DNA of 64,000 nt from an uncultured Chloroflexia bacterium (GCA_963741965.1 CAVUKC010000002.1:1378004-1442003); one strand, 5' to 3'; shown: positions 19,405-31,226, counted from the first letter of the stretch. Numbers and translations are program-made. Notes: generated by a model not told the origin, from the letters alone.

Positions 19405-20220
19405 ATGAGCACGTTCATCTTCCCGCCACGGTGGCGTCTGGTTCTGCTCGGTGTCGCCATCGCCCTCGTACTCGGCGGATGCAGCTACGACAGCACGCTC
19501 GAGCCGAAACCGACGGCGACCGCAACGGCGATCGCGTTCGGTCCGACCGATATCGCGGTGGGCTCGCTCCTGAGCGATGCCAGCGCCGCGTGGGATGGCG
19601 TCGAGGCGTGGACCGTAGAGACGAGGACGGAGACATCGAGCGACGGGTCCTCCGCCACGACCAGCGTCGCCAGGGAGACGGTCCTGCTTCCCAACGACCG
19701 CCATGTCGTCACCACGAACGGTGACACCGTCGTGGCCGAGGAAATCGCGACCGGCGGCACGATCTACATGCGGGGAACGCTGGTTACATCGTCGATCTAC
19801 CCGGAGGTGGACGCGGACACCTGGATCAGCTTCACCCCGGACCAGGCGCCGGCCGACACCGCGCTGGCGGAGCGCGTTGCGTACCTCACCACGCCTCCCG
19901 CGTTCCCGTTCGCCACCTTCTCCGCGGAGACACGGGCGCTGCCAGCGAAGCCTGCCGGCGAGATCGAGGTGGACGATCGCGTGTGCCTTGTCTACCACTT
20001 CACGACGACGTCTCCGGAAAGAGAAGGGATCGACTACCGCATCGCATTCGACAAGGACGACCACCCGTGTCAGATCGTGCGCGAGGCGGGCGGTGTGGTG
20101 GAAACGACGGTGTGGCACTACCCTGACTCGCCCGAGCCAATCGCGGCGCCAAAGGATGTGGTCGTGGTGGACGAATTCCCGGGCGCTCCCCAAGGCAGTG
20201 GAATGAATGTTGCGAGCTGA
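19405..20220 (+). CDS. Lipoprotein, function unknown
   Basis: ATG 19405. The signal is MSTFIFPPRWRLVLLGVAIALVLGGCS, with lipobox L-G-G-C. Confidence 0.75.
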   Translation: MSTFIFPPRWRLVLLGVAIALVLGGCSYDSTLEPKPTATATAIAFGPTDIAVGSLLSDASAAWDGVEAWTVETRTETSSDGSSATTSVARETVLLPNDRHVVTTNGDTVVAEEIATGGTIYMRGTLVTSSIYPEVDADTWISFTPDQAPADTALAERVAYLTTPPAFPFATFSAETRALPAKPAGEIEVDDRVCLVYHFTTTSPEREGIDYRIAFDKDDHPCQIVREAGGVVETTVWHYPDSPEPIAAPKDVVVVDEFPGAPQGSGMNVAS

Positions 20221-20288
20221 GGCGCTGTGGGATGGAGTTCGTCACACGTGTTTCGCGGGCCACATGACCCTATTGTGGAGGAATCCCC

Positions 20289-21407
20289 ATGCACCAACGT
20301 CGTTCGCACCTCTTTCTAGTCCAGGCACTCCTGATGGCCGTGCTCGGGCTCTTCGCCGCCATACCTGCCGCGGCGGCACAGTCCACCGCATCGCCCCCGA
20401 CCGTCGGGGACGAGATGACGCCCGTGCAGGTCGTCGATCACGTCGCTCCAGCTGTCGTCACCGTTATCAACGAGCAGACCGTGAGCAACAGTCTCGGTCA
20501 AAATCAGGTTGTTCCTGCCGGCGCCGGCACCGGCTTCATCATCGATGACCAGGGACACATCGTGACCAACTGGCATGTGGTCACACAGGGTACGAGCTTC
20601 AAGGTCATTCTCTACGATGGCACCCAGATCGATGCCCAGCTCGTCGGGCAGGATCCGCGCGATGACCTCGCGGTCGTCCAGATCGACGCCTCAAAGGTTC
20701 CGGGCACCGTTTCGCTCGGCGATTCCAGCCAGCTCAAGCCGGGACAGTCGGTCCTCGCAATGGGCTCACCGCTCGGCGAGTTCGGCAATACGGTAACGGC
20801 CGGAATCGTCAGCGCGCTCAATCGCAACCAGCTCGGCCAGGAAGGGCTCTGCCAGAACTACACCGACCTGATCCAGCACGACGCCGCGATCAACCCGGGC
20901 AACTCCGGTGGCCCCCTGTTCAACCTCAAGGGAGAGGTCATCGGCGTGAACACCCTCGGCATTCCGAGCCAGCAAGGACAGCCGGTGCAGGGGCTCTTCT
21001 TCGCCGTCCCGTCCAACACGGTTAAGGTCGTGGTGGACCAAATGGTCCAGACCGGCGGCATCAGCGCGCCGTACCTGGGCATCACCTTCACCGCGCTCAA
21101 CCCGCAGATCGCCTCGGCCAACAGCCTCTCCGTTGACCACGGTCTGTACGTCCAGGATGTGGAGAGCGGCGGACCGGCCGAACAGGCCGGCATCCAGGCG
21201 GACGACATCATCCTCCAGATCGAGGGCGATGACATCACACCGAGCTCAACGCTGTCGTCGCATCTGCTCGACTACAAGCCGGGTGACACCGTCAACCTGA
21301 CCGTGCTCCGCGATGGCCAGGAGACCCAGGTCCAGCTGACCTTCGGTGAGGCGCCACAGAGCCTGTTCGAGCAGTGCACGCTGCAAGGCCAGGGCGGCCA
21401 GCCGTAA
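20289..21407 (+). CDS. htrA: HtrA/DegP-family serine protease with PDZ domain
   Basis: Signal peptide present. Catalytic-triad contexts are TNWHVV, DDLAVV and GNSGGPLFN. A C-terminal PDZ domain is present. The RBS is GGAGGAA. Confidence 0.93.
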   Translation: MHQRRSHLFLVQALLMAVLGLFAAIPAAAAQSTASPPTVGDEMTPVQVVDHVAPAVVTVINEQTVSNSLGQNQVVPAGAGTGFIIDDQGHIVTNWHVVTQGTSFKVILYDGTQIDAQLVGQDPRDDLAVVQIDASKVPGTVSLGDSSQLKPGQSVLAMGSPLGEFGNTVTAGIVSALNRNQLGQEGLCQNYTDLIQHDAAINPGNSGGPLFNLKGEVIGVNTLGIPSQQGQPVQGLFFAVPSNTVKVVVDQMVQTGGISAPYLGITFTALNPQIASANSLSVDHGLYVQDVESGGPAEQAGIQADDIILQIEGDDITPSSTLSSHLLDYKPGDTVNLTVLRDGQETQVQLTFGEAPQSLFEQCTLQGQGGQP

Positions 21408-21439
21408 TCGACCTCGCGAGATACAACAGTCGGAGCGAA

Positions 21440-21473
21440 GCAAGGGGGCGGTCGAATTCGACCGCCCCCTTGC
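21440..21473. terminator. Bidirectional hairpin terminator
   Basis: Perfect 34-nt palindrome GCAAGGGGGCGGTCGAATTCGACCGCCCCCTTGC between convergent genes. Confidence 0.6.
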
Positions 21474-21498
21474 CACTGATCGATGTCAGCTCATCGCT

Positions 21499-22416
21499 TC
21501 AATCGGCCGCGTCGAGCGGGTAGTTGTGGTCCTTGCGCCCCTCGGCGCCGTCGTAGGCGTGGGAGGACTTGAACGGCTCGAACCGGCCCTGCTCCCCCAG
21601 CGGCCGGGCACGCTCCAGCAGCGCGTCGATCTCGTGCTCGCCGTATGGTGTGAAGTCGTCGGCGACCGCCATGTTCTTGCGCAGCACCTCCAGAGAATCC
21701 ATGCCGGAGACCACGACCGACACCGGCAGCCCGAGCGAGTACCGCAGCCCCTCCTCCGGCAGGATGTCCGAGCCGCTCTTCTGGATGTGCCCGCCGGCGT
21801 TGCTCTTCATCCCGATCACGCCGATCCCCTGCTCCAGGCACATCGGCAGGATCTTGTGCTGGAAGCTCGAGAAGTGCGCGTCGAAGACATTGATCGGCAT
21901 CTGGACCGTGTCCCACGGCACGCCGCTCTCGAGCAGCTGGCGGTGCAAGTGGGGCGACTTGTGACCCGTGAAGCCGATGAAGCGGACCTTTCCCTGCTCC
22001 TTCGCCTTCACCAGCGCCTCCAGCGAGCCCCCGGGCGCGAGGATCCGCTCTGGATCGTCATCCCACACCACCTCGTGGATCTGCCAGAGGTCGAGGTGAT
22101 CGGTCTGGAGCTGGCGCAGACTCTCCTCCAGCTTCTGCATGGAGTGCTCGGCATTGCGATCGTGGGCGCAGTCCTTGGTCATCAGGAAGGCGCGATCACG
22201 ATAGCCGCCCTGCGCCAGCGCCTTGCCCATTCGGCGCTCGGACTCGCCGTCACCGTATTCCCAGGCGTTGTCCATGAACGTCACGCCACCGTCGATCGCC
22301 TCATGGACGATGCGGATCGCCTCCTGCTCCTCCGGCTTGGAGAGATGCGCGCCTCCGACTCCGAGAATTGAAACGTCAACACCGGTCTTGCCCAGTGCGC
22401 GAACAGGTATGGTCAT
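21499..22416 (-). CDS. Aldo/keto reductase
   Basis: Contains LGKTGVDVSILGVGG, DNAWEYGDGESE and GFTGH. ATG 22416 has GGGAGGG 6 nt upstream. Confidence 0.9.
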   Translation of the reverse strand: MTIPVRALGKTGVDVSILGVGGAHLSKPEEQEAIRIVHEAIDGGVTFMDNAWEYGDGESERRMGKALAQGGYRDRAFLMTKDCAHDRNAEHSMQKLEESLRQLQTDHLDLWQIHEVVWDDDPERILAPGGSLEALVKAKEQGKVRFIGFTGHKSPHLHRQLLESGVPWDTVQMPINVFDAHFSSFQHKILPMCLEQGIGVIGMKSNAGGHIQKSGSDILPEEGLRYSLGLPVSVVVSGMDSLEVLRKNMAVADDFTPYGEHEIDALLERARPLGEQGRFEPFKSSHAYDGAEGRKDHNYPLDAAD

Positions 22417-22626
22417 CGATAGCCCTCCCGGCATCCTCCATAAATCGTCCGTTTACCCTATCGCACTATCCGCGCCCGCGCACCGGGCAGCGCCGGTCTG
22501 GCTGCATGCGATTCCGCCGGTTCCACGGTTGCCAATTGCGGTCACCCGGTGCAGGATACGGCAAGGCCGCGGGGGCACATCCCTCGCGGCCGATCCGCAA
22601 TCCGCCGATGCAGCCGGGAGCCCATC

Positions 22627-23373
22627 GTGTCCCTCGCCTACCGCACCTACCTCCGCCGCGTCTACGATATCGTGGAAGAAATCCTCCAGACCCAGGGCCG
22701 CCAGATCGACACCGCCGCCGCCTGGATGGCCGACGCGATCGAGCGGCGCAACATCGTCCACCTGTTCGGCAGCGGGCATTCGCACATGGTCGCCGAGGAG
22801 GTATTCCATCGGGCCGGCAGCCTGCTCCCGCTTAACCCCATGCTCGATGCGAATCTGACGTTCTTCGGGATGGTCAACGCGACCCTCCTCGAGCGCACAC
22901 CAGGCTACGGCAAGGTGGTGGTCGGCTCGCACGACATCGAACAGGGTGACGTGGTGATCGTTGTCAGCAATTCCGGTGTCAATCCAGTGCCCATTGAGGT
23001 CGCGCTCGAGAGCCAGACACGGGGAGCGAAGACGATTTCCATCACCTCGGACGAGGCCTACCTCGAGGCACCGTCACGGCATGAGAGCGGCAGGCGTCTC
23101 GCTGACGTCACCGACCTCACAATCGACTCGCGCGTGCCGGCGGGCGACGCGCTCGTGTCGATACCGGGCGTGGAGACCCGTGCCGGCGGGGCATCGACCG
23201 TGGTCGGCGTCACGCTCATCAACGCGATCGTGGTTGAGACGGCGGCAGTGCTCCAGCAGCGCGGGGTGCGCCCGCCGCTGATCCCGACCATGAACCTTCC
23301 CGGCGGCGACGCCGAGATGGAAGCGCTCATCGCCGAGTGGGGTGCCCGCCTTCCGTTGCTGCGGCACGCCTGA
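22627..23373 (+). CDS. SIS (sugar isomerase) domain protein, UPF0309-like
   Basis: Contains FGSGHSHMVAEE and VVSNSGVNPVPIE. The GTG 22627 start gives a family-typical N-terminus. Start choice is uncertain (the track ORF begins at 22549). Confidence 0.78.
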   Translation: MSLAYRTYLRRVYDIVEEILQTQGRQIDTAAAWMADAIERRNIVHLFGSGHSHMVAEEVFHRAGSLLPLNPMLDANLTFFGMVNATLLERTPGYGKVVVGSHDIEQGDVVIVVSNSGVNPVPIEVALESQTRGAKTISITSDEAYLEAPSRHESGRRLADVTDLTIDSRVPAGDALVSIPGVETRAGGASTVVGVTLINAIVVETAAVLQQRGVRPPLIPTMNLPGGDAEMEALIAEWGARLPLLRHA

Positions 23374-23483
23374 CATCGGGACACCCGGCACCGCTCTTGC
23401 GACGCTTCAAACGCGGCGTGGGCCGCCGCACGTCGGGCATCCGCTCGACGTGCTTCTCTGATGCGTATGTTCTGGACACGGAG

Positions 23484-24647
23484 ATGCCGAGCACAACGAA
23501 CACGGTGCCACCAGGTGGCTCAGCTGGCCGATCGGCACGCGCGACCGGCCGCGAGGCAAGCGGTAACGACCCCATCACCGTCGGCCTCGTGCCGAGTCCC
23601 GGGCTTGCGGAAGACATCGCCAACGACATCAGCCAAAACCTCGCCGATGACCTCAGCCAGCAGATTGACGTCAGCGCCCCCTGGGACGTCCATGTGAGAA
23701 CGAATCCGCTCTCCGGCACGGATACCGACTCGCCCGATCTCTTCGAGGCGCTGGGCAGCGTGGACGACGCGAACGCGTGGGACTATGCGATTGCGATCAC
23801 CGACATCCCGTTCAGGCGGGACGGCCAGATCGTGATCGCCTCCAGCAGTAACGAGCGGTGCGCGGCCTGGATCTCGATTCCGGCGCTCGGACCGTTCGCG
23901 CTCCGCCGACGCACGCGCGAGCTGGTCATCCAGCTGGTACATGATCTCTGCGCTCCACAAGAGAACGACGACTCCGGGCGGGCGATAGATCCAGGGGTCG
24001 CCAGGCGCGCGGCCACCACCAGCGAGGGCAATCGCTATGTCGCGCCGGGTATCCTCGGACAGGCTCGGCTGGTGGGCGGAATGGTGTATGCCAACAAGCC
24101 CTGGAACACGTTCCCGAGTTTCAAGAAAACCGGCGTGACCGCGGTCGCCACCGGGTCATACGGCCTCATCTTCACGTCGCTGTGGGAGCTGGGAGCGGCC
24201 TACACCGTATGGAGGCTCACCGGCCTGATGCTGCTGGCGATGACCATCCTCGCGACCTGGATCATCACGACGCACCGACTATGGCAACACCCCGCGCCAG
24301 CAATGTCGGGATACCTGACGACGCTGTACAACGTGACCACGATCGTGACGATCGCATCGGGCGTGATCTTCGCCTACGTGCTGATTTACATCATGCTGCT
24401 GATCGAATCGGCGGTGTTCATGCCGCCGTCGCTGCTCGAGTCGAAGATCCAGCAGCCGGTCGGGCCGCTCAATTACGCCGCCGCCGCATGGGTGACGGCG
24501 TCGGTCGCGACCCTGGCGGGCGCGCTCGGAGCCAGCCTGGAAGACACCGCGGCGGTGCGCCGGGCGACCTTTGGCTGGCGCCAGCGCCAGCGGCTGGAAT
24601 CCTACGAGCGAGCGGTGAGCGATGATAAGGGGCAGCGTCAATCGTAG
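23484..24647 (+). CDS. Hypothetical membrane protein (soluble acidic N-domain plus about 4 C-terminal TM helices)
   Basis: Long ORF with high GC3 and clear TM segments in the C-terminal half. I recognise no family, and start placement is uncertain. Confidence 0.62.
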   Translation: MPSTTNTVPPGGSAGRSARATGREASGNDPITVGLVPSPGLAEDIANDISQNLADDLSQQIDVSAPWDVHVRTNPLSGTDTDSPDLFEALGSVDDANAWDYAIAITDIPFRRDGQIVIASSSNERCAAWISIPALGPFALRRRTRELVIQLVHDLCAPQENDDSGRAIDPGVARRAATTSEGNRYVAPGILGQARLVGGMVYANKPWNTFPSFKKTGVTAVATGSYGLIFTSLWELGAAYTVWRLTGLMLLAMTILATWIITTHRLWQHPAPAMSGYLTTLYNVTTIVTIASGVIFAYVLIYIMLLIESAVFMPPSLLESKIQQPVGPLNYAAAAWVTASVATLAGALGASLEDTAAVRRATFGWRQRQRLESYERAVSDDKGQRQS

Positions 24648-24751
24648 GCCGATCCGCCGGCTCCCATGCCGATGAAGGCGATGAATGCTGGATGCGTGGA
24701 CACTCCCGAAAGCGCGTCCGCGCAACACCTCGTTCGAACGCGCCGTTGGCG

Positions 24752-26416
24752 TCAGTAGATGCCGCCGATGCGCATCCAGCGAAACCCGTAGCCGCTGATG
24801 CGCATGCGCCCCTTCTTCTCGACCAGCGGGTCATACGCGCGGTCCGTGAGCAGGTCCGTCGTTCTGGCCCACTCCTCCTCCGGGATGTCGAGCGCGATCG
24901 AGCGCGGCTCGGGCGAGAGATTATTGACCACCACCACGGAGCTGTCGTCATCTTCGAACCGGATTGCGAAGATTGCGTCATCGCCGGTCTTCACAAGCGA
25001 CCACGGGCCGGTTCCGATTTCGCCACATTCCTTCCGCACCCGGATCAGCGACGCAAGCCAGTTAAGTAGTGAGCCCTGATCGCCTCGCTGGTGGCTCACG
25101 CTGGTTTGCTGGTAGCCATACTCGCCCTCGGTGAGGATCGGACGCTCCAGCTGGTCGAGCGGCGCGTCGGAGAAACCGCCCTCGCCATACGAGGTCCACT
25201 GCATCGGCGACCGGACCGCCATCCGTCCGTCGAGCTCCAGCTGCTCGCCCATGCCGATCTCCTCGCCGTAGAACAGCATCGGCGCGCCGGGCAGGCTGAA
25301 CAGCACGCTGTACGCAAGCCGCAGGTGCGCGACGTCGCCGTCGAGCATCGGCGCGAGGCGGCGACGAAGCCCGCGATTGAAGACCTGGTACTTCGGGTCG
25401 GAACCGAATGCCTCAAAGATCGTCTGACGCTGTTCCTTCGTGATCCGGGCAAGGTTGAGCTCGTCGTGGTGGCGCAGGAAGTTGACCCACTGCCCCTTGC
25501 CGGGGATGGTCGGGATTTGCGCCAGGCCGAAGTTAATGGGATCCGCACTGTTCTCGGCCAACCCGAGGAAGGTGAAGCGGTTCATCGGGAAGTTGAACAG
25601 CGCCTGCAGCTCATTGCCACCCCCGAAGTAGTCGGAGATGGTGCTCAGCCCCTCATCCACCTCACCGAGCAGGATCGCGTTGCCCTTGCGGATGGTCGCG
25701 AAGTCCTGCAGCTCTTCGAGGAACACATGCGCCATGTCCATGTCCAGCACGCCATGGTCGATGCCCTGAAGATTGATCAGGAACGGCGCCGCGTCGATCC
25801 GGAACCCGCTCACACCAAGCTCAAGCCAGAAGCCCATGATCTTCTTGAACTCATCACGCACGGCGGGATTCGCAAAGTTGAGGTCCGGCTGGTGCCAGTA
25901 GAAATTGTGGAGGTACCACGCGCCCACGGCATCGTCGTAGGTCCAGATGCCCTTCTGCTCGCCGGGGAAGACGACCTTGTCGCTGGTGTCACCGGGATCG
26001 TCCTCGCGCCAAACGTAGTAGTCGCGATACTTCGAGTCCGGGTCGGCCCGGGCGGCCTGAAACCACGGATGATCGATGGAGGTGTGGTTGGGCACGAGGT
26101 CGATGATCACCCGGATGCCGCGCTCCCCCGCCTCAACCATGAACTGGGTGAAGTCCGAGACCGATCCGAAGCGAGGGTCAACCGCGTCGTACTGCATCAC
26201 GTCGTAGCCGTCATCGCGGTTCGGGGTCGGGTAGAACGGCATCAGCCAGATGCAGGTGACGCCAAGACCGGCGAGGTAGTCCAGACGCTGCGTAAGTCCA
26301 GCGAAGTCGCCGATCCCGTCACCATCCGAGTCGGCGAAGGTCTCGACATCGAGGCAGTAGATGATGGCGTTCTTGTACCACTGGTCACGCAGCCCAAGCT
26401 GCGGATGTTTTCCCAT
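24752..26416 (-). CDS. GH13 alpha-amylase-family enzyme, trehalose-synthase-like
   Basis: Contains WYKNAIIYCLDVETFADSDGDGIGDFAGLTQRLDYL, DLVPNHTS, GFRIDAA and the conserved GH13 regions. The RBS is TGGAGA. Confidence 0.86.
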   Translation of the reverse strand: MGKHPQLGLRDQWYKNAIIYCLDVETFADSDGDGIGDFAGLTQRLDYLAGLGVTCIWLMPFYPTPNRDDGYDVMQYDAVDPRFGSVSDFTQFMVEAGERGIRVIIDLVPNHTSIDHPWFQAARADPDSKYRDYYVWREDDPGDTSDKVVFPGEQKGIWTYDDAVGAWYLHNFYWHQPDLNFANPAVRDEFKKIMGFWLELGVSGFRIDAAPFLINLQGIDHGVLDMDMAHVFLEELQDFATIRKGNAILLGEVDEGLSTISDYFGGGNELQALFNFPMNRFTFLGLAENSADPINFGLAQIPTIPGKGQWVNFLRHHDELNLARITKEQRQTIFEAFGSDPKYQVFNRGLRRRLAPMLDGDVAHLRLAYSVLFSLPGAPMLFYGEEIGMGEQLELDGRMAVRSPMQWTSYGEGGFSDAPLDQLERPILTEGEYGYQQTSVSHQRGDQGSLLNWLASLIRVRKECGEIGTGPWSLVKTGDDAIFAIRFEDDDSSVVVVNNLSPEPRSIALDIPEEEWARTTDLLTDRAYDPLVEKKGRMRISGYGFRWMRIGGIY

Positions 26417-26500
26417 GCGAGCATCTCCAGCGAAGGGTTTCCGGGAATCGCGAATCGACTCTGTCGCTCGCGGCGTCGCAGATGATGTGCCGCCAGCCGA

Positions 26501-29500
26501 TCAACCGGCCTGATCGAGGAGGATATCGCTGCCGGAGACCTCATAGATCGTGACACCGTCGACGTCGTAGACCTTCTCGAGCTGGCCCTCCCGTGCCGCC
26601 GCATCGAACTTCGCCAGCGAGGTCGATGGGTAGAGCGCGCGCTCGAGCGGCCCGACGTAGATCAGACGCACGTTGTAGCGGGAGAGCAGCGGTCGGATGT
26701 GGTCGAAGCCGCGCGGGCTGCCATAGATCTCCGAGACATCCCCGACGCGCTCGTTGACCTCGTTCCAGTATCCCGGCCGCTGCTGGATCTCGTGCCAGGT
26801 CCAGCCGAGCACTGTTGGCAGGCCGGTCAGGCTGCTGATCCGTCCACCCCAGCGATACGCGGGCAGCTGCGCCTCGAGCACCACCGGCGAGCCCTGCACG
26901 TTCGCCCGCAGCCACTCGACCGCGGACAGGTCGGGAGCCAGCGGGAACGTGTGGGCGATCCCCGACTGGTCGACCTCGGTCCAGGAACCGACCTGCATGT
27001 AGGCGTACCCGTCCAGCGACGGCTCCAGAGGAGCGAAGCGATCACGCAGGCGCGGTCCGGTGGCGAGCGCTGGGTAGCTCAGCCCACCGATCACGAGTAT
27101 CGCCATTGCCGCGAGCCAGAGCCGCCCCGCCGCCAGCCCTGCGAGCGGTCTCCAGGGTGGGTGGGGCAAGCTCCAGCGGGCGCCGCCGGCAAGCCGCCGC
27201 ATGTCACCGATTGCGAGCGCCATCGCGACCGCGGCGCTCACACCGAGGAGCTGCCACGCATACAGATAGAGCTTGAAGACGAGGTTCATGCGCCCGACAT
27301 CGTTGCCCAGCCGCACGAGCTCGGCGACCAGCCCGACCCCAAGTGCCAGCCCGATCATGCCGAGCGTCGTGAGATGTGCAGGGTCCCGATACCGGGCGAC
27401 CGCGCAGATCGCCACCACGGCAAGGCCCCCCAACAGGAAGAGCGATGTCACGCCGGTGCTCGTGGCGATGACGAACATCGCCAGTAACGCGAATACGACC
27501 GCCCATGCGATCGTGCGGCCACGGCGCCATGCGGCGACCATGCCGAGCGCGCGCGCCAGCTCAGCCACGAGCCACGCCACCACCGCGAGGAGCATCACGC
27601 CGTTGATCGTCAGGTAGTCGCCCAGCGCGGTGGTCTCGATGCCTGGCAGCACCTGCGCCGAAATCGATCCATAGTGGCGGAGGAATGGCAGGAACAGAAG
27701 TCGCCCGCTGGCAATGACCACGAGCAGCACCAGCGCCGCATCCCGGAAGGCAACCCACGGCGCCGATAGCCCGCGCGCGGCGAGCGCCCGCGCGGTGACG
27801 GCGATGCCGAGCAGCGCGAGCACGGGCGGATAGTCCCAGGTGTTGGTTGCGAGCAGCACGCCGGGGAGGAACCCGGCGAGTATCGCCACAGGCAGCGCGC
27901 GCTTCCAGCCGCCGAAGGTATCCAGCAGGCGCGGCCCCGGCAAGCCCTCTGCGCAGCCAGTGGCGATGCCGATCGCTACCACCGTCGCGGCGGACGTAAC
28001 CGGCATGGCCAGCATGTGCGCGTGGACATCCCCGAACAGGAACGTGAAGTACGGAAACTCGTTGATCGTCGACGGGATCACCCTGCTCGGTGCCCAGTAC
28101 GCGTCGACCGGCAGGTCGCGCTGCTCCAGAAGCGCATCCCGGATGCCCCAGATCACCGTGCCGACGTCGCCGAGCGGCGCGAGCCACGCCGGCATCGCGG
28201 TATAGCCCCACTCGCCCCTGCCGAGACGCCGAACGAAGTCCAGGTTGCCGAGCGCGAGCACCAGCACCGGAGCAGGCAACGCCAGCAGGATCGGCCGCCA
28301 CCCCGCGACACTGCTCCCCATCCGGCGAGCGTGCGAGATCAGCGCCGCCGCGGCGCTCCAGACCGCGACGGCGAGCATCGCGGCGATGGACGGGATGATG
28401 AGATTGAACGCCGTCTCCGGCACGATGCCCGTGGCGCGGCTGACCGCCGCCCACGGCACGTAGCCGAAGTAGTAGTAGTGGAGCGTGCCGCCGGCGAACC
28501 ACGGGTCGTACGGCGGGAACCACGGGCTGCGGAGGATCGCGTTGAACATCGCGAGCTCCATGGGCTTCTCGCCGCCCCTGGCCGGGTGCCAGAGATCGGG
28601 GTTTTGCATGCGGATCAGCACCATCGCGCCGAACACGATCAGGAAGATCGCTTCGGTGGCAACGACCCAACGCCAGCGGGCACGCATGTCCGCGAGGAAG
28701 GCGAGATGCCTTCGCCACAGGCACGCACCGGCCAGCACCAGCGCGAAGAGCATCGCGATCAGGACGCCGGGCACACCGAACCGGATGACGCGGGTGCTCG
28801 CCAGCAACCAGACGATCCAGCCGATGCCGTAGAGCCCGATCGCCCGCGCGATGGCATAGCCACGGTCGGGGAGGTTCGGGAACAGCCGCCACAGCAGCGG
28901 CACCGCCGGCAGCGAAACCAGCAGCAGCGCAAGGTACCAGACGAGGATCGGCATGGCGTTGGCCAGATCGGCCGGATCGAACATGTCCGACCAGGTCCCA
29001 GACGAGGCATAGACGTCACGATCGTGCTCGCTGAGCGTCATCTGCGCCTCGGTTGGGTCGATCGTCCGGCGGTTCACGCCGCCATCGCCGAGCGCGTCAT
29101 GCAGCAAATACCATGCGTCGTTGGTCGACCACCGGTCAGTCTTCTCGAAGATGCGGACGTACGGATGATCGTAAACGGAGAACGATTCCTCAGCGCCGCG
29201 GTCGTCCAGCTCGATCCCGAACAGCTCCGGCGGTGACGAGAAGCTCGCCACAAGATCGAAGCCGAGATCGCCGGCGACGAGCGCGTCGTAGTACGCAGTC
29301 GCCATTGGGTAGCGGTCCGGCAGGCGCGGGATCGTGCCGACGAGCCGATCGCTCGAGAGCACGATGTAGTCCGCGCGGTGGAGCTGGCCGATGATCCGGC
29401 TCAGCTTGGCCTCGTCGTCGCCGTCGTACCACGTCAGCTGCGCGCCCTGGTACGCGCCGACCGGGTAGCCGGGCAGCGAGAGGGGAAGCGCGTCGTCCCA

Positions 29501-30884
29501 GTGTTCGTTGGCGATCACGCTGCCGGGCGGGACATGGTCGTAGATCCACTCGGATGCCTGCACGCGCGTTTCGGGCCGCGAGTAGATGGTGGTGAACGCC
29601 AGACCGGAGAAGGCGGTACCTGCGATCGCCAGCACCGCCAGCACCACGCCGATCTTGCGCAGTATCGCCGCACGCCGTGACGCCCCGATAGCAGCGGCCC
29701 GGGCGAGGGGCAATGGCCGAGGCAGCGACCGCCCAGCGTTCACCAGCGAGTCCAGCTGCACCGCGGCGAGCACGATCAGGAACGGGTACGCGGGAAGCAG
29801 GTATCGCTGCGCCTTGACGAAGCCCGTCCCGAAGAAGACGAGGTGCCACGCCACCCAGACAACCATCGCCAGGATCCACCACGACGGCCACCGTCGAGCC
29901 AGCAGCAGGCGGATCGCCGATCGCGACGAGGCTGCCCAACGCGACCAGTCCGAGCGCCGGGCCCATGCCCCACCGCACCAGGTTGTCGAGAACGAAGAGC
30001 ATCGGCGCGCGGTCGGCCCACTGCACGCTCGGCGGCATGTCGATGTACCCGGCCTGCACGTCGCGCCAGTAGCGGAGCGTATCGGTCCAGATCGGCTCCA
30101 GCCGGACGTCCCAGATGTTCGGGCCGACGAACGAGTACGGCTGGGCCACGCGGAACGCGAGCGCGCTCACCATGCCCGCGAGAAGGACGGCGGGAACGAT
30201 CGGCACGCCGCGCCGCCGACGCCAGCGCGGGTTGAGCGCCGGCACGCCATGGAGGCGCACGGTTTCCAGCACCGGAACGGCGAGGAACCCGGCGGCAATG
30301 AGCAGGTTCGGCTTGCTGGAGACGGCCATGCCGACGCAGAGCCCCGCGAGGGCGTACCACCGCCACGAGCGCCGCGACCACGCCTGCAGGACCGCCGCGT
30401 AGGACGCGACGGCGAAGAATGCCGAGATCGCGTCGGTGGTGGTGAAGTGGGACGCCTGGATGTGGAGCGGCGTGAAGGCCAGCAAGGTCGCGGCGATCAG
30501 CCCGGCCATCGGTGTCGCGAGCCGCCGCGCGATCCAGTACACGAGCGTCACCGTGCCGAGGTCGGCTGTCGCGGAGAGCCACCGGCCCGGCAGGTGAGCA
30601 TCGCCATACGAGACATGATTGGTGAGGTTGCCGAGCAGCTTGGTCAGGAAGAGCGGCAGCGTGCCGTAGAGGTAGCCACCGTACCCGTTGTTGGCGGGGT
30701 TAAGCGGCGAGTGAGCCGTATCGAAATATGCGGCGATGCCATTGGGCCAGGAGATGCCGGTGAGCACCATCGTGATGAAGCGCTCGTCGGGATGCTGGTA
30801 GTGATTCGCGCCCCAGCCAATGCCGGCGAAGCGCACCGCGGCGGCGGCAAGGAGGATCAGAGCCAGCAGCAAGCGGTGCGACAC
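26501..30884 (-). pseudogene. Giant membrane protein, reading frame interrupted as sequenced: GT39/PMT_2-like GT-C N-terminal module fused to a YYY-domain (DUF2298, Chlor_Arch_YYY) region
   Basis: The N-part is in one frame (about 30884 to 29912; HPDERF loop motif, many TM helices). The C-part is in another frame (about 29925 to 26501; LHYYYFGY motif). The frames join cleanly (..SLVAI|RLLLARRWPSWWILAMVVW..) if the 7-nt direct duplication at 29911-29924 is removed. The upstream frame otherwise runs 240 Arg-rich codons to 29190. Confidence 0.7.
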
Positions 30885-31226
30885 GGACAAGCCGCCGATG
30901 CGGAGCGCTGAGCGATCGGCAGCCCGCCGCGCACGTGCGGCACGAACAGGCAGGACCCTGGCACCGGACCGGCGCGGAGTGCACCCATGCCTGACCGTAC
31001 GACGCACCACGCAACCGTCTCTCTACTCGCCACGCCCTCAGCGCAACCGGCCAGCGAGATATCCATCGGCAGATGCGAAGATCGTACCACCGGTTCCGAT
31101 CTCCGACGACGATCTCGCGAACGCTTGAAACTAGCACTTCTCCGCATGGGACGCCTTCAATCTCCGGAGTGACTGATATCATGCAGAAATCGACGCCTTG
31201 TCGATGGCGATATTGGGGGTGGCGCG

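Noticed and set aside
29190-29911. C-terminal ~240 aa of the 606-aa ORF (29190-31010).
   Set aside because: This is Arg-rich out-of-frame read-through across the YYY-domain coding region after the 7-nt duplication. It is not a real protein segment.
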